Assembly (NCBI GenBank): GCA_017461445.1
Contig: JAFTXW010000022.1
Span: 3,890-67,889, forward strand
DNA: 64,000 nucleotides
Source of the DNA: Oscillospiraceae bacterium
GTDB lineage: Bacteria > Bacillota > Clostridia > Oscillospirales > Oscillospiraceae
Direction of reading: 5' to 3'
This document shows positions 56,147-64,000 of this stretch, piece by piece. Under the pieces are notes generated by a model. It did no database searches. It was not told the DNA's origin and was given only the letters and a program-made list of their open reading frames with translations. A program made the translations under genes and the position numbers. The stretch's first letter is position 1. Each line of letters opens with the position of its first letter.

Positions 56147-57287
56147 AGATCAATCCCAATTCCATTTTCCAATTCAGGATACGCAGGACGGCTTCGTCCA
56201 GCAGCTCCATGGAAATACGGCCGTCCTGGACGGCTTCCAGGACGGCCTGGTACTGGACTTGGTATTCGGTGCTGCACAGCAGGTCGTTGCCTGCCAGCAC
56301 TGCCAGAACGGCGGCCTCGTCTGCACCGTAGGTTTCCGTGATGGCACCCATCACCAGGTCGTCGGTGACGATGACCCCCTCAAAGCCCATTTCTTCCCGC
56401 AGGTAGCTGTGGACGGCGGGGGAGAGGGTGGCGGGAAGCTCGGAATCGAAGGCAGTGACGATGGTGTGGCTCACCATGACGGCACCGCAGCCGGCTTCAA
56501 TGCCCGCCGCAAAGGGGACGAGATCGACGCTTTCCAGCTCCTCCAGGCTGCGCCAGTCGGTGGCGATGCCCGTGTGGGTGTCAGTGTTGTTGCCGTAGCC
56601 GGGGAAATGCTTCAGTACGCTGCCCACCTGGAATTTTGCCATCCGTGTCACGGCACCGGCAACGAATTCCCCGGTGATCTCCGGGCTTTGGCCCAGGGAG
56701 CGGCTGTACATGAAGGCACCCCGCTGGGTGGTCACGTCGCAGACCGGGGCCATGTTCACATTCACGCCCAGTTCGTGGAGAAAGTAGGCCTTTTCCAGCT
56801 CGACGCTGAGGGCCACTTCCAGGCCGCGGCTTTCGTACAGGCTCCGGGGGGAGGGGAAGGGCGCATAGCGGAAAGCGGTGTAGCTGCTCAGACGGCAGAC
56901 GGTGCCGCCCTCCTCGTCCACGGCGATGAGCATGGGGATTTTGGAGACCGCCTGGTACCCGGCCACTTTTTCTGTAAAGGATTCCCGGGTCTCTCCCCGG
57001 ACATCCCGGTCGAAGAGGATGTAGCCGCCCAGATGGTAGGCTGCAATGTCCTCAATGGCGTTTCCATCCGGGCACCGGGCCAGGAACAGCTGGCCTACCT
57101 TTTCCTCCATGGTCATGGCGGAGAGAAGCTCCTCCACCGGATCGGGAGGGACGGTGGTGGGCGGCTCGGTGGCTGCGGCAGTGGGGATGGTCGTGGGAGC
57201 CTCCGTGGGGGCAGTGGTCTCTGCCGGGGCAGCGGCGCAGCCGCTTAAGCATATCAGAAGGGCAAGGAAAATGCCCGCGTATTTCAT
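56145..57287 (-). CDS. GH3 N-terminal-domain lipoprotein (NagZ-like beta-N-acetylhexosaminidase)
   Basis: Lipobox 'LICLSGCAA' and 'KHFPGYGNNTDTHTG'. I chose ATG 57287 as the start because GGAGGTGA lies upstream. Confidence 0.8.
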   Translation of the reverse strand: MKYAGIFLALLICLSGCAAAPAETTAPTEAPTTIPTAAATEPPTTVPPDPVEELLSAMTMEEKVGQLFLARCPDGNAIEDIAAYHLGGYILFDRDVRGETRESFTEKVAGYQAVSKIPMLIAVDEEGGTVCRLSSYTAFRYAPFPSPRSLYESRGLEVALSVELEKAYFLHELGVNVNMAPVCDVTTQRGAFMYSRSLGQSPEITGEFVAGAVTRMAKFQVGSVLKHFPGYGNNTDTHTGIATDWRSLEELESVDLVPFAAGIEAGCGAVMVSHTIVTAFDSELPATLSPAVHSYLREEMGFEGVIVTDDLVMGAITETYGADEAAVLAVLAGNDLLCSTEYQVQYQAVLEAVQDGRISMELLDEAVLRILNWKMELGLI

Positions 57288-57305
57288 GGATCTCACCTCC
57301 CCGGT

Positions 57306-57334
57306 ATTATACCCGCCTTTTCGCCGGAAAGCAA
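57306..57334 (-). promoter_or_regulatory. Promoter of the NagZ-like gene
   Basis: Minus-strand TTGCTT, 17-nt spacer, TATAAT. Confidence 0.6.
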
Positions 57335-57335
57335 T

Positions 57336-57360
57336 AAAAAAACGCCCTTTCGGGCGGAAG
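57336..57360 (-). terminator. Minus-strand rho-independent terminator closing an unannotated upstream transcription unit
   Basis: Minus strand reads ccgccc-gaaa-gggcg followed by ttttttt. Confidence 0.7.
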
Positions 57361-57466
57361 ATATACGCAGAGACTGTACCGCAGTACCGAACCGAGCGAC
57401 ACCCAAGAGGAATAACGATTACCCCCCAGCCTGCACACGCATCAGCAGCGGGCCTTGCACGCAAAT

Positions 57467-57529
57467 GAAATGACCCTTGACTGCTGTACCTTGTGATCAG
57501 TACATTTTTGTGCAGCCAAGGGTCATTTC
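57467..57529. other. 63-nt hairpin with a 13-bp perfect outer stem in a gene-free region
   Basis: gaaatgacccttg ... caagggtcatttc, with an inner gtac/gtac helix. Confidence 0.7.
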
Positions 57530-57896
57530 TGTTCACTCTTGATATCTAACATCATTGGTTAACCTCTCTTTCTGCGGATTGAACGAACACTTTTCCCCGA
57601 TCCTTTCTCTGCCACATGTTCTGTAATTTTATCCCTTCAGCGGGAAGCTCTTATGTGTGGAATGATTTTGAAAAAGGTTATCGTCCTGCGGCCCAGTTTA
57701 AGAGTTGGGTAACTTGGGTTTTACCTGTATGTTGGTATCACCCTTTCTGACTATAGTGTAGCATTGCGGACGCTCTTTTTCAAGACGGAAAGTTGTATAA
57801 AGTGTGTGGTTTTGGCTTGTACAAAACATAGAATCAGCGAAAAAGTACGAAACTCAGTTGACAAGGCCGGTTCCAATCTGATATGATAAATATGTT

Positions 57897-57926
57897 CGGC
57901 GGGTCTTTGTGACCCGCCGTTTTTTT
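57897..57926. terminator. Hairpin at the lrgB 3' end (bidirectional form; the T-run is on the + strand)
   Basis: cggcgggtc-tttgt-gacccgccg followed by ttttttt. Confidence 0.65.
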
Positions 57927-58614
57927 ATAGAATCGTGATTATAAAGGGGAACAGCACCGAGGTCAGCAGGCCTGCGACCACCAGGGACAGGCTGCTGACG
58001 GCACCCGTCAGGGGACTTATCTCGTTTGCCCTGGAGGTGCCGATCACATGGCCGGAGGTTCCCAAAGCCACACCCTGGGCGATGGGGTCCGTCAGCCGGA
58101 ACAGGCGGCACAGGGGAACACTGAGAACACTGGCAAGGATGCCTGTCAGGATGATCACCGGGGTGGTGATGGCGGCAATGCCGCCGGACAGCTCGCTCAA
58201 GGGTACGCCGATGGCGGAGGTGACGCTTTTGGGCAGGAGCGATATGGTCAGCTCCCGGTCGAAGCCCACCAGGGCGGAGAAGGCCAGCACAAAAAACATA
58301 CAGCTGACTGCCCCTGCGGCAATGCCGGCCCCAATGGCGGGGAGATTCTTTTTCAGAATGCCCAGCTGCTCATACATGGGGATGGCAAGGCAGATGGTGG
58401 CGGGGGTCATGAGCCAGGAAAGGCTGGTCATGCTGCTCTGATAGGTGCCGTTGTCCAGACCCGATGCCGCCATGAACAGCAGAATCAGCACCACAGCTAC
58501 CAGAATGGGGTTGCAGACGGGGGATTTAACCTTCTTCTGAAGCAGCAGGCCCAGCTGATAAGTACAGAGTGTCAGCACCACAGGCAGAATACCGATTTGA
58601 AGGAGGTCAGTCAT
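57925..58614 (-). CDS. lrgB: LrgB/CidB-family membrane protein
   Basis: Polytopic, with 'PKSVTSAIGVPLSE...GG' LrgB-type block. I prefer ATG 58614 (AAGGAAGGTGA upstream) over GTG 58623. Confidence 0.8.
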   Translation of the reverse strand: MTDLLQIGILPVVLTLCTYQLGLLLQKKVKSPVCNPILVAVVLILLFMAASGLDNGTYQSSMTSLSWLMTPATICLAIPMYEQLGILKKNLPAIGAGIAAGAVSCMFFVLAFSALVGFDRELTISLLPKSVTSAIGVPLSELSGGIAAITTPVIILTGILASVLSVPLCRLFRLTDPIAQGVALGTSGHVIGTSRANEISPLTGAVSSLSLVVAGLLTSVLFPFIITIL

Positions 58615-58966
58615 GCTGTTCACCTTCCTTTTGGGAAAGCCGCTGGGTAATGGTTCCGCTGAGGCCGAAAACCAGCACCGTGGAAGCGACCAGCAGCAAG
58701 CAGATGGGAAGCAGCTTGGGCCGGATCAGAGACCAGTGCTCCACGATACCCACCGTGGGGGCCACGAACAGCACCGGCAGGATGGAGGTCAGGAAGGAAC
58801 CTACGTCTTTCACCTGCTCTACCTTCACAAGCCCGGTGCACAGAGCCAGAAACAGCAGCACCAGTCCGTAAACCGATGCGGGGATCCCCAGGGGCACAAG
58901 CCGCTGGAGGGCTTCCCCCAAAAGGGAGAAGCCCAGAATAATACAGATTTGAGAAAGATATTTCAT
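58607..58966 (-). CDS. lrgA: LrgA/CidA-family holin-like membrane protein
   Basis: 119 aa, four TM helices; 'ILGFSLLGE' N-terminus is typical of LrgA. Confidence 0.8.
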   Translation of the reverse strand: MKYLSQICIILGFSLLGEALQRLVPLGIPASVYGLVLLFLALCTGLVKVEQVKDVGSFLTSILPVLFVAPTVGIVEHWSLIRPKLLPICLLLVASTVLVFGLSGTITQRLSQKEGEQHD

Positions 58967-59817
58967 ACGTGTTTTCCTGACAGCGCGGCGGCGATCCGCT
59001 CAATGTTTTCCTCGCAGCTTTCCCGATTCCGGGCATAATACTCCTGGAACAGCACATCTATCACCACCAGCTGGGCCACCTTGGCGGGCACGGAGCCAAA
59101 CTGGAAGGGACTTTCGTTGGAGCCGCAGCGCAGCACCACATCCGCCAGCTTTGCCGCAGGGGATTTGGGGAACCGGGTCACCAGAATGGTGGGGATACCC
59201 CGGCTCTTTGCCAGTTCCAGAACCTGGATGCCGCTGGTGGTGGCACCGGAGTAGGAAAACAGCATGACCACATCGTTTGGGCTCATGGTGGCGGTAGCCG
59301 ACATCTGCATATGGGAATCGGAAACGGCAGAGAATTTGGCAGTTACCGTGGAAAACAGGTGGGCGCACTCACTGGCAATGATCATACTGCCGCCGGAGCC
59401 GATGCACATGATATGTCCGGCCCGCTCGAACAGCTCTACAGCCCGCAGCACCTTTTTCGGCTCCACCATTTCCACGGTGTGGTTCACCGCATCATTGGCA
59501 AGGCGGCGCACCTCCATGCAGCGGCCCTCCAGGGTATCGGGCTTGTGCTCATGCAGCGGCACCGGGGCGGTGCCTGCCACGGAATACTTTGCAAGTTCGA
59601 TCTTGAAGGCGTTGAAACCCTTCAGCTTCATGCTGCGGCAGAACCGGGAAACGGTGGCTTCCGCGGTGCCGCATTCGTCCGCCAGCTGAGTGATGGACAT
59701 AAACTGGACCTGGGTATGCTGGGCCAGCACAAAGTCGGCCACCTTGCGCTCCGCAGCGGTCAGCTGGTAATAGGAGGCGTGGATCCGATCGAGAATATTG
59801 GCGTTCTGGTCGTCCAT
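58963..59817 (-). CDS. MurR/RpiR-family transcriptional regulator (HTH + SIS)
   Basis: 'LTAAERKVADFVL...ITQLADECGTAEATVSRFC' HTH and SIS 'CIGSGGS'. Its stop overlaps the lrgA start (ATGA). Confidence 0.85.
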   Translation of the reverse strand: MDDQNANILDRIHASYYQLTAAERKVADFVLAQHTQVQFMSITQLADECGTAEATVSRFCRSMKLKGFNAFKIELAKYSVAGTAPVPLHEHKPDTLEGRCMEVRRLANDAVNHTVEMVEPKKVLRAVELFERAGHIMCIGSGGSMIIASECAHLFSTVTAKFSAVSDSHMQMSATATMSPNDVVMLFSYSGATTSGIQVLELAKSRGIPTILVTRFPKSPAAKLADVVLRCGSNESPFQFGSVPAKVAQLVVIDVLFQEYYARNRESCEENIERIAAALSGKHV

Positions 59818-59842
59818 CCTAAGTCTCCTTTCAGTGTGGATT

Positions 59843-61036
59843 TTATTCGCCCAGGATTTCTCCCATCATCCGGTCCACCAGGATCAGGCAGCGGGGGACA
59901 TGGAAGGGGCCCTTGAAGGTGGAACCCTTGCAGGCGGGCTGGGTGGGCTTGCCGTCCCGGCGGAGGTAGCCGTACCATTCGCCGTAAGGGGTGTCGGCAA
60001 AGTAGGTCTTGCAGTAGTCCAGGATCTGGTAGAAGATGTCCAGATAGGTTTCGTCCTTGGTGTCCCGGTAGATCATCAGGGAGGCGATCAGGGCCTCGTT
60101 ATGGGGCCACCAGAGCTTCATGTCATGCTCGTAGGCCTCGGGGGGATTGCCCAGGCAGTCCATGAAGTACAGGATGCCGCCGTACTCGGTGTCCCAGCCC
60201 TTAGTGAAGGCCATGTCGAAAACGTTGATGGCCTTCTTGTGCAGCTCGGGATCGCCTACATCGTTGGCGTAGTCCATCAGGAACCAACTGCACTCGATGT
60301 CGTGGCCGGGGTTCACCATGCGGCCCTCGGTGATGCCCAGACGGGTGCTGCCGTCCAAAGCGACGTTCTCCAGGGTGACACCCAGCTCGGGCTTTACATG
60401 GTAGTTGAAGATGTCTGCCACGCATTCCTTGGCCCGTGCGTCATAAACATCCTTCATTTCGGGGTCAACCCGCTTCATGACGCCGGTGACGTTCAGGATG
60501 ATCATGGGGATGCCCAGGCTGCGGCCGGTACGGGTGGACTTGGGGCCCATGCCGGTGGGGTCAGGCATACCGTGGTTCAGGTTCCAATACATATCGTAGG
60601 CGCGGCGGGCGCGGAGCAGATGCTCCCGCTCGCCGGTGATGCCGTAGTATTCGGCATTGGCGATGCAGTAGAAGGCTTCGGAGTAGCAGTAGCGGCGCTG
60701 GCGCAGGGGCGTTCCGTCTTCCTCCACGGTGAAGTACAGGCGGCCGCCGGCTTCATGGTTGACACAGTGGTCTTCCAGGAAATCGATGCAGCTCTTGGAG
60801 GCGGCCAGCCATTCCTCCTTCACACCGTACACATGGCACAGGTAAGCATAGGTCCATCCGCAGCGGCCCTGCATCCACACGCTCTTGTCGGTGGAGAAAA
60901 TCTTGCCGGTGCGGTCCAGGCAGGTGTAGATGCCGCCATGCTCATGATCCATGCCGTTCTTCAGCCAGAAGTCGGCAACGTTTGCCAGCTGGGAACGAAC
61001 CCACTCCCGCTCGGCGGTCAGTTTCTGACGATCCAT
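59843..61036 (-). CDS. AGE-family N-acylglucosamine 2-epimerase
   Basis: 'FWLKNGMDHEHGGIYTCLDRTGK...DKSVWMQGR' and an alpha/alpha-6 barrel repeat pattern. Confidence 0.8.
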   Translation of the reverse strand: MDRQKLTAEREWVRSQLANVADFWLKNGMDHEHGGIYTCLDRTGKIFSTDKSVWMQGRCGWTYAYLCHVYGVKEEWLAASKSCIDFLEDHCVNHEAGGRLYFTVEEDGTPLRQRRYCYSEAFYCIANAEYYGITGEREHLLRARRAYDMYWNLNHGMPDPTGMGPKSTRTGRSLGIPMIILNVTGVMKRVDPEMKDVYDARAKECVADIFNYHVKPELGVTLENVALDGSTRLGITEGRMVNPGHDIECSWFLMDYANDVGDPELHKKAINVFDMAFTKGWDTEYGGILYFMDCLGNPPEAYEHDMKLWWPHNEALIASLMIYRDTKDETYLDIFYQILDYCKTYFADTPYGEWYGYLRRDGKPTQPACKGSTFKGPFHVPRCLILVDRMMGEILGE

Positions 61037-61246
61037 AAGTTTGTCCTCCTAAATAGAAAAAAATTTTATGATTCATTTACGGAAAACAGGGCGAACCATC
61101 GGGAAAAAGCCTTGCTTTTCCAATATCATAACATTTGAGAAAATAATTTTCAACGCAAAAATGCACAGGGAAAATATTTTTTTGTAAAAGGGTGACAGAA
61201 CCGGGAATCCATGCTACAATGGGACAAAATTCCCGGAGGTATGCCC

Positions 61247-61873
61247 ATGTTTAAAAGCCTGTTCAATCCCGAAAGCGGTCTGATGATCGCTATGACCCAG
61301 GTCACGGACGTGATTTTTCTGAGCCTGTTCTGGCTGCTGTGCTGCTTCCCGGTGGTGACCATCGGCCCTGCCACCGCGGCACTGTATGATGCCTGTTATA
61401 AGGGCTTCCGCAAGGGGGACAAGCATCCTTGGCAGCGGTTTTGGAAGTCCTTCAGGGGGAATCTGAAAACCGGCATCCCGGCGACTGTCGTGTTCCTGGC
61501 ACTGCTGCTGGGCGCGGTCTGGGGGATGATCCAGATCTGGAACGCTGCCGTTTACGGGGAAATCTCCTGGATGCTGTTTGCCGCCGCGGCCTTTCTGGCT
61601 CTGCTCCTGCTGGGCATCCTTTGTTTGATGTTCCCACTGCTGTCCCGGTTTGAGACGGGCTTCGTGCAGCTGATGAAGAACACCTTCCTGCTGGCCTTCG
61701 CCAATCTGCCCCGGACGCTGCTGCTGGGCTTCGTGAATGCAGTCTGCGCCTACCTGTGCATCCGGTTTATTTTTCCGATCTTTTTCCTGCCTGCAGTGGC
61801 CGCGCTGCTGTCCAGCCTGTTCGTGGAGCCGATGCTGAAGCCCTATATGCCTTCTGAAGAAACTGCCGCCTGA
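61247..61873 (+). CDS. YesL-family (DUF624) membrane protein
   Basis: 'VTDVIFLSLFWLLCCFPVVTIGPATAALY'. I chose ATG 61247 as the start, 7 nt after GGAGG. Confidence 0.7.
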   Translation: MFKSLFNPESGLMIAMTQVTDVIFLSLFWLLCCFPVVTIGPATAALYDACYKGFRKGDKHPWQRFWKSFRGNLKTGIPATVVFLALLLGAVWGMIQIWNAAVYGEISWMLFAAAAFLALLLLGILCLMFPLLSRFETGFVQLMKNTFLLAFANLPRTLLLGFVNAVCAYLCIRFIFPIFFLPAVAALLSSLFVEPMLKPYMPSEETAA

Positions 61874-61890
61874 TAAGGCGGCAGTTTGCC

Positions 61891-62532
61891 TTATTTCACG
61901 ATTTGAGGGATCAGCTCCGCAAGGCGGGCGGCCAGTTGGGCGTGGCCCCGGCGGGTTAGGTGCATGTAGTCGATTTGGTTGAACTCACAGCCGTTGGCAT
62001 CCAGAAAGTGGCAGCCCAGCAGGTCGGACTTCTCCTTGTAGTATTTTGCCAATCCCCGGGACTTTTCGGCGCAGCCGGTGCCCATGCAGGGGTCGTTCAG
62101 CTCCTCACCGATGGGGGGAGGGGAGACAATAAGGATATTGGGGCCGTGACTGCCCCAGCAGTCTACGCTCATGCACTTGCGGACCAGCCGTTCCATGCCC
62201 AGGCCGATGCAGGCGGCGTTCATGCCCAGCCGCTCCTTGGTGTCATTGGTGCCCAGCATGATGATCAGCAGGTCGATGACTTCATGGCTTTTCAGCAGGG
62301 GATAGGCAACGCTCAGGGCATCCATGCTCTCGTGGAGGGGATCCTGAAAAACGGTGGTACGTCCGGAGAGCCCCTCTTCCGTCACCAGGTATTCTTCCCC
62401 CAAAGCCTTCTGCAGAAGGCAGGTCCAGCGTTCGTCTTCATTGAAGCGGATGCCGTGGTCGGCACAGTCGGCGGGGTCGGCGCAGTAGCCATGGGTGTTG
62501 GAGTCGCCCAGGCAGAGGATGTGCTTCTTCAT
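61891..62532 (-). CDS. SGNH/GDSL-family esterase
   Basis: Block I 'LCLGDSNTHG', 'MLGTND', and C-terminal 'DYMHLT'. Confidence 0.8.
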   Translation of the reverse strand: MKKHILCLGDSNTHGYCADPADCADHGIRFNEDERWTCLLQKALGEEYLVTEEGLSGRTTVFQDPLHESMDALSVAYPLLKSHEVIDLLIIMLGTNDTKERLGMNAACIGLGMERLVRKCMSVDCWGSHGPNILIVSPPPIGEELNDPCMGTGCAEKSRGLAKYYKEKSDLLGCHFLDANGCEFNQIDYMHLTRRGHAQLAARLAELIPQIVK

Positions 62533-62683
62533 ATGGATACACTCCTTTGTCTATTAGATTCTGATGTAAGAATACCATGTTTTTGGATTGCGTCAAGGGG
62601 AGGGAGCATACTTTCGTCACAGTGCAAAAAACTGGAAACGTTTTTTTGTGCGAATCGGAAAAAATCTTCAATATTTGACATTC

Positions 62684-62700
62684 TTGAAAATTCTTTTCAA
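62684..62700. promoter_or_regulatory. 17-bp perfect palindrome (candidate operator) just upstream of the -35
   Basis: TTGAAAA-TTC-TTTTCAA. Confidence 0.45.
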
Positions 62701-62707
62701 AATATTG

Positions 62708-62736
62708 TTGACATTGTTCAAGCTTTGCGGTAATAT
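62708..62736 (+). promoter_or_regulatory. Promoter of the sugar-binding-protein gene
   Basis: TTGACA, 17-nt spacer, TAATAT. Confidence 0.6.
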
Positions 62737-62835
62737 AGAAACCGGAAGTTGTGGAGAATACTGCAATTTTCCGTAACATTGGCTATTACGGCTGGAACCC
62801 GTGATGGTACATAAGAATTTTTAGGAGGAAACAAA

Positions 62836-64000
62836 ATGAAGAAGTTTATCGCACTTCTGCTGGCTCTGGTCATGGTCCTGTCCCTGGCTGCCTGCTCCGT
62901 TGAGAAGGCTCCCGAGACTACTCCCACCGAAGCAGCTCCCACCGACGCTGCTACCGAAGCCGCTCCCACCGAGGCTCCCGTTGAGATCTCTCTGTGGACC
63001 TACCCCATCGGCAAGTGGGTTGACGAGGCTACCGTCGCTTCCCTGATCGCCGACTTCAACGCTGCTTACCCCAACATCAAGGTCAACGTTGAGTACCTGG
63101 ACTACACCAACGGTGACGACAAGGTCAACACCGCCATCGAAGGCGGCCAGGCTCCTGACATCGTTATGGAAGGTCCCGAGCGTCTGATCGCCAACTGGGG
63201 TGCCAAGGGCCTGATGGTCGACCTGTCCGACATCGTTCCCGCCGGTACTTATGAGTCCGTTATCGCTTCCTGCACCAGCGAGAACGGCGAGATCTACGAG
63301 ATGCCCGTTTGTATGATCGCTCACTGCATGGCTATCAACCGCGACGTGTTCGAGGCTGCCGATGCTCTGCAGTACCTGAACGAAGAGACCCACACCTGGA
63401 ACTCCACTGAAGACTTCTTCAAGGCTGTTCAGGCTGTCTACGACGCAGGCCACGAGTATGTTGGCGTTATCTACTGCGGCGGTCAGGGCGGCGACCAGGG
63501 CACCCGCGCTCTGATCACCAACCTGGGCGGCGGCACCTATGCCAACGCTGAGCACACTGCTTACACCTACGCTTCCGAGGAGAATGCTGCCGCTCTGTCC
63601 AAGCTGTGCGCTCAGGACGGCATCGCATTCGACACCGCTATCGTCGCTTCCGACGAGATCCAGAACTTCGTCAACGGCACCTTCCAGATGGCCTTCTGCT
63701 GGAACATCAGCCAGGAAGTCAACAATGCTGACGCTCTGGGCTTCGACGTTCTGCCCATGGCCTTCCCCTCCGACACCACTCCCTCCCTGCAGGGCGGTAT
63801 CTGGGGCTTCGGCGTGTTCAACAACGGCGATGCTGCTAAGATCGAGGCTGCAAAGACCTTCATCAAGTTCATGACCGAGGACGAGGCTCAGTACACCAAG
63901 GCTGTTGAGGCCACCACCTTCGCTCCTGTCCGTGACGTTGCTGGCATCTACGCCACCAACGAGCTGTTCCCCGAGTACTCCCTGATGAGCCCCATGATGG
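62836..64000 (+). CDS. Family-1 sugar ABC substrate-binding lipoprotein (3' end outside the window)
   Basis: AGGAGG RBS and lipobox 'LSLAACS', then a Thr/Pro/Ala linker and 'ISLWTYPIGKW...QAPDIVMEGPE'. The ORF is open to the window end, so it is absent from the ORF track. Codon usage suggests high expression. Confidence 0.8.
   Translation, partial: MKKFIALLLALVMVLSLAACSVEKAPETTPTEAAPTDAATEAAPTEAPVEISLWTYPIGKWVDEATVASLIADFNAAYPNIKVNVEYLDYTNGDDKVNTAIEGGQAPDIVMEGPERLIANWGAKGLMVDLSDIVPAGTYESVIASCTSENGEIYEMPVCMIAHCMAINRDVFEAADALQYLNEETHTWNSTEDFFKAVQAVYDAGHEYVGVIYCGGQGGDQGTRALITNLGGGTYANAEHTAYTYASEENAAALSKLCAQDGIAFDTAIVASDEIQNFVNGTFQMAFCWNISQEVNNADALGFDVLPMAFPSDTTPSLQGGIWGFGVFNNGDAAKIEAAKTFIKFMTEDEAQYTKAVEATTFAPVRDVAGIYATNELFPEYSLMSPMM

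Noticed and set aside
57600-57760. 44-codon + strand ORF (MFCNFIPSAGSSYVWNDFEKGYRPAAQFKSWVTWVLPVCWYHPF) in the gene-free region
   Set aside because: It has no Shine-Dalgarno sequence and no recognisable family. The minus-strand terminator logic favours a minus-strand transcript. I kept only the region-level finding.
57854-58111. 85-aa ORF overlapping the lrgB 3' end, and 57046..57468 (+) 140-aa ORF
   Set aside because: Both overlap well-supported genes or run through the terminator and promoter region. Neither has an RBS, and their composition is typical of out-of-frame translation.
1-64000. Prophage, integrative element, CRISPR-Cas, restriction-modification or classic defence-system genes
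   Set aside because: I found no integrase, recombinase, transposase, terminase, capsid, Cas, methylase/endonuclease pair, or tRNA attachment site by motif inspection. The accessory signal here consists of small islets and repeats, not a large mobile element.

Overview
This is a 64 kb chromosomal segment from a GC-rich, Gram-positive-type anaerobe. The assignment rests on strong G/C bias at third codon positions, GGAGG ribosome-binding sites, lipobox lipoproteins, CIRCE and Cheo/LexA-type operators, and nrdDG. It is most consistent with a Clostridia / Oscillospiraceae-like gut bacterium, but that is inference because no search was possible. I support about 55 protein-coding genes. I recognised no rRNA, tRNA, CRISPR array, transposase, integrase or phage structural gene.

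Gene content in order:
- ClC channel fragment
- a four-gene envelope operon (GT2-GtrA fusion, phosphodiester glycosidase, Pro-rich anchored protein, PAP2 phosphatase)
- GH2 hydrolase, an ArsR regulator, and a polar amino-acid ABC transporter
- a PlsC-like acyltransferase
- a very oversized Opp/Dpp-type ABC system (813-aa binding protein, 525-aa OppC, 718-aa OppD, 404-aa OppF)
- CIRCE-controlled clpB
- an ABC exporter, an RluA-type pseudouridine synthase, and an ECF sigma/anti-sigma pair
- argS and an ABC-F ATPase
- a low-GC 1 kb insert
- CIRCE-controlled htpG
- a LexA-box-controlled radical-SAM / Y-family polymerase / YolD cassette
- GT2 and SGNH genes
- a small ANT-like island, an ICMT-family methyltransferase and an APH(3')-like kinase
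- a domain-permuted GH3 plus a GPH symporter
- nrdD-nrdG preceded by NrdR boxes
- an MBL hydrolase and a SAM methyltransferase
- a NagZ-like lipoprotein
- a roughly 640 bp gene-free structured region
- lrgAB fused to an RpiR / N-acylglucosamine 2-epimerase operon
- YesL, an SGNH esterase, and a sugar-binding protein that runs off the window end

Most interesting observations:
1. The glycyl-radical segment of NrdD is encoded as a separate 53-aa ORF. It is too short for the ORF track, has its own RBS, and is translationally coupled to nrdG.
2. An SOS-box operon puts a SplB-like radical-SAM enzyme in front of a translesion polymerase and YolD.
3. A low-GC DUF3885-like gene is bracketed by a perfect 30-bp inverted repeat. 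That repeat belongs to a REP/MITE-like hairpin family scattered through the intergenic regions.
4. The Opp ATPases carry insertions of about 380 aa and about 100 aa.
5. Perfect CIRCE operators sit on clpB and htpG.

All family assignments come from motif recognition by eye. None has been checked against a database.
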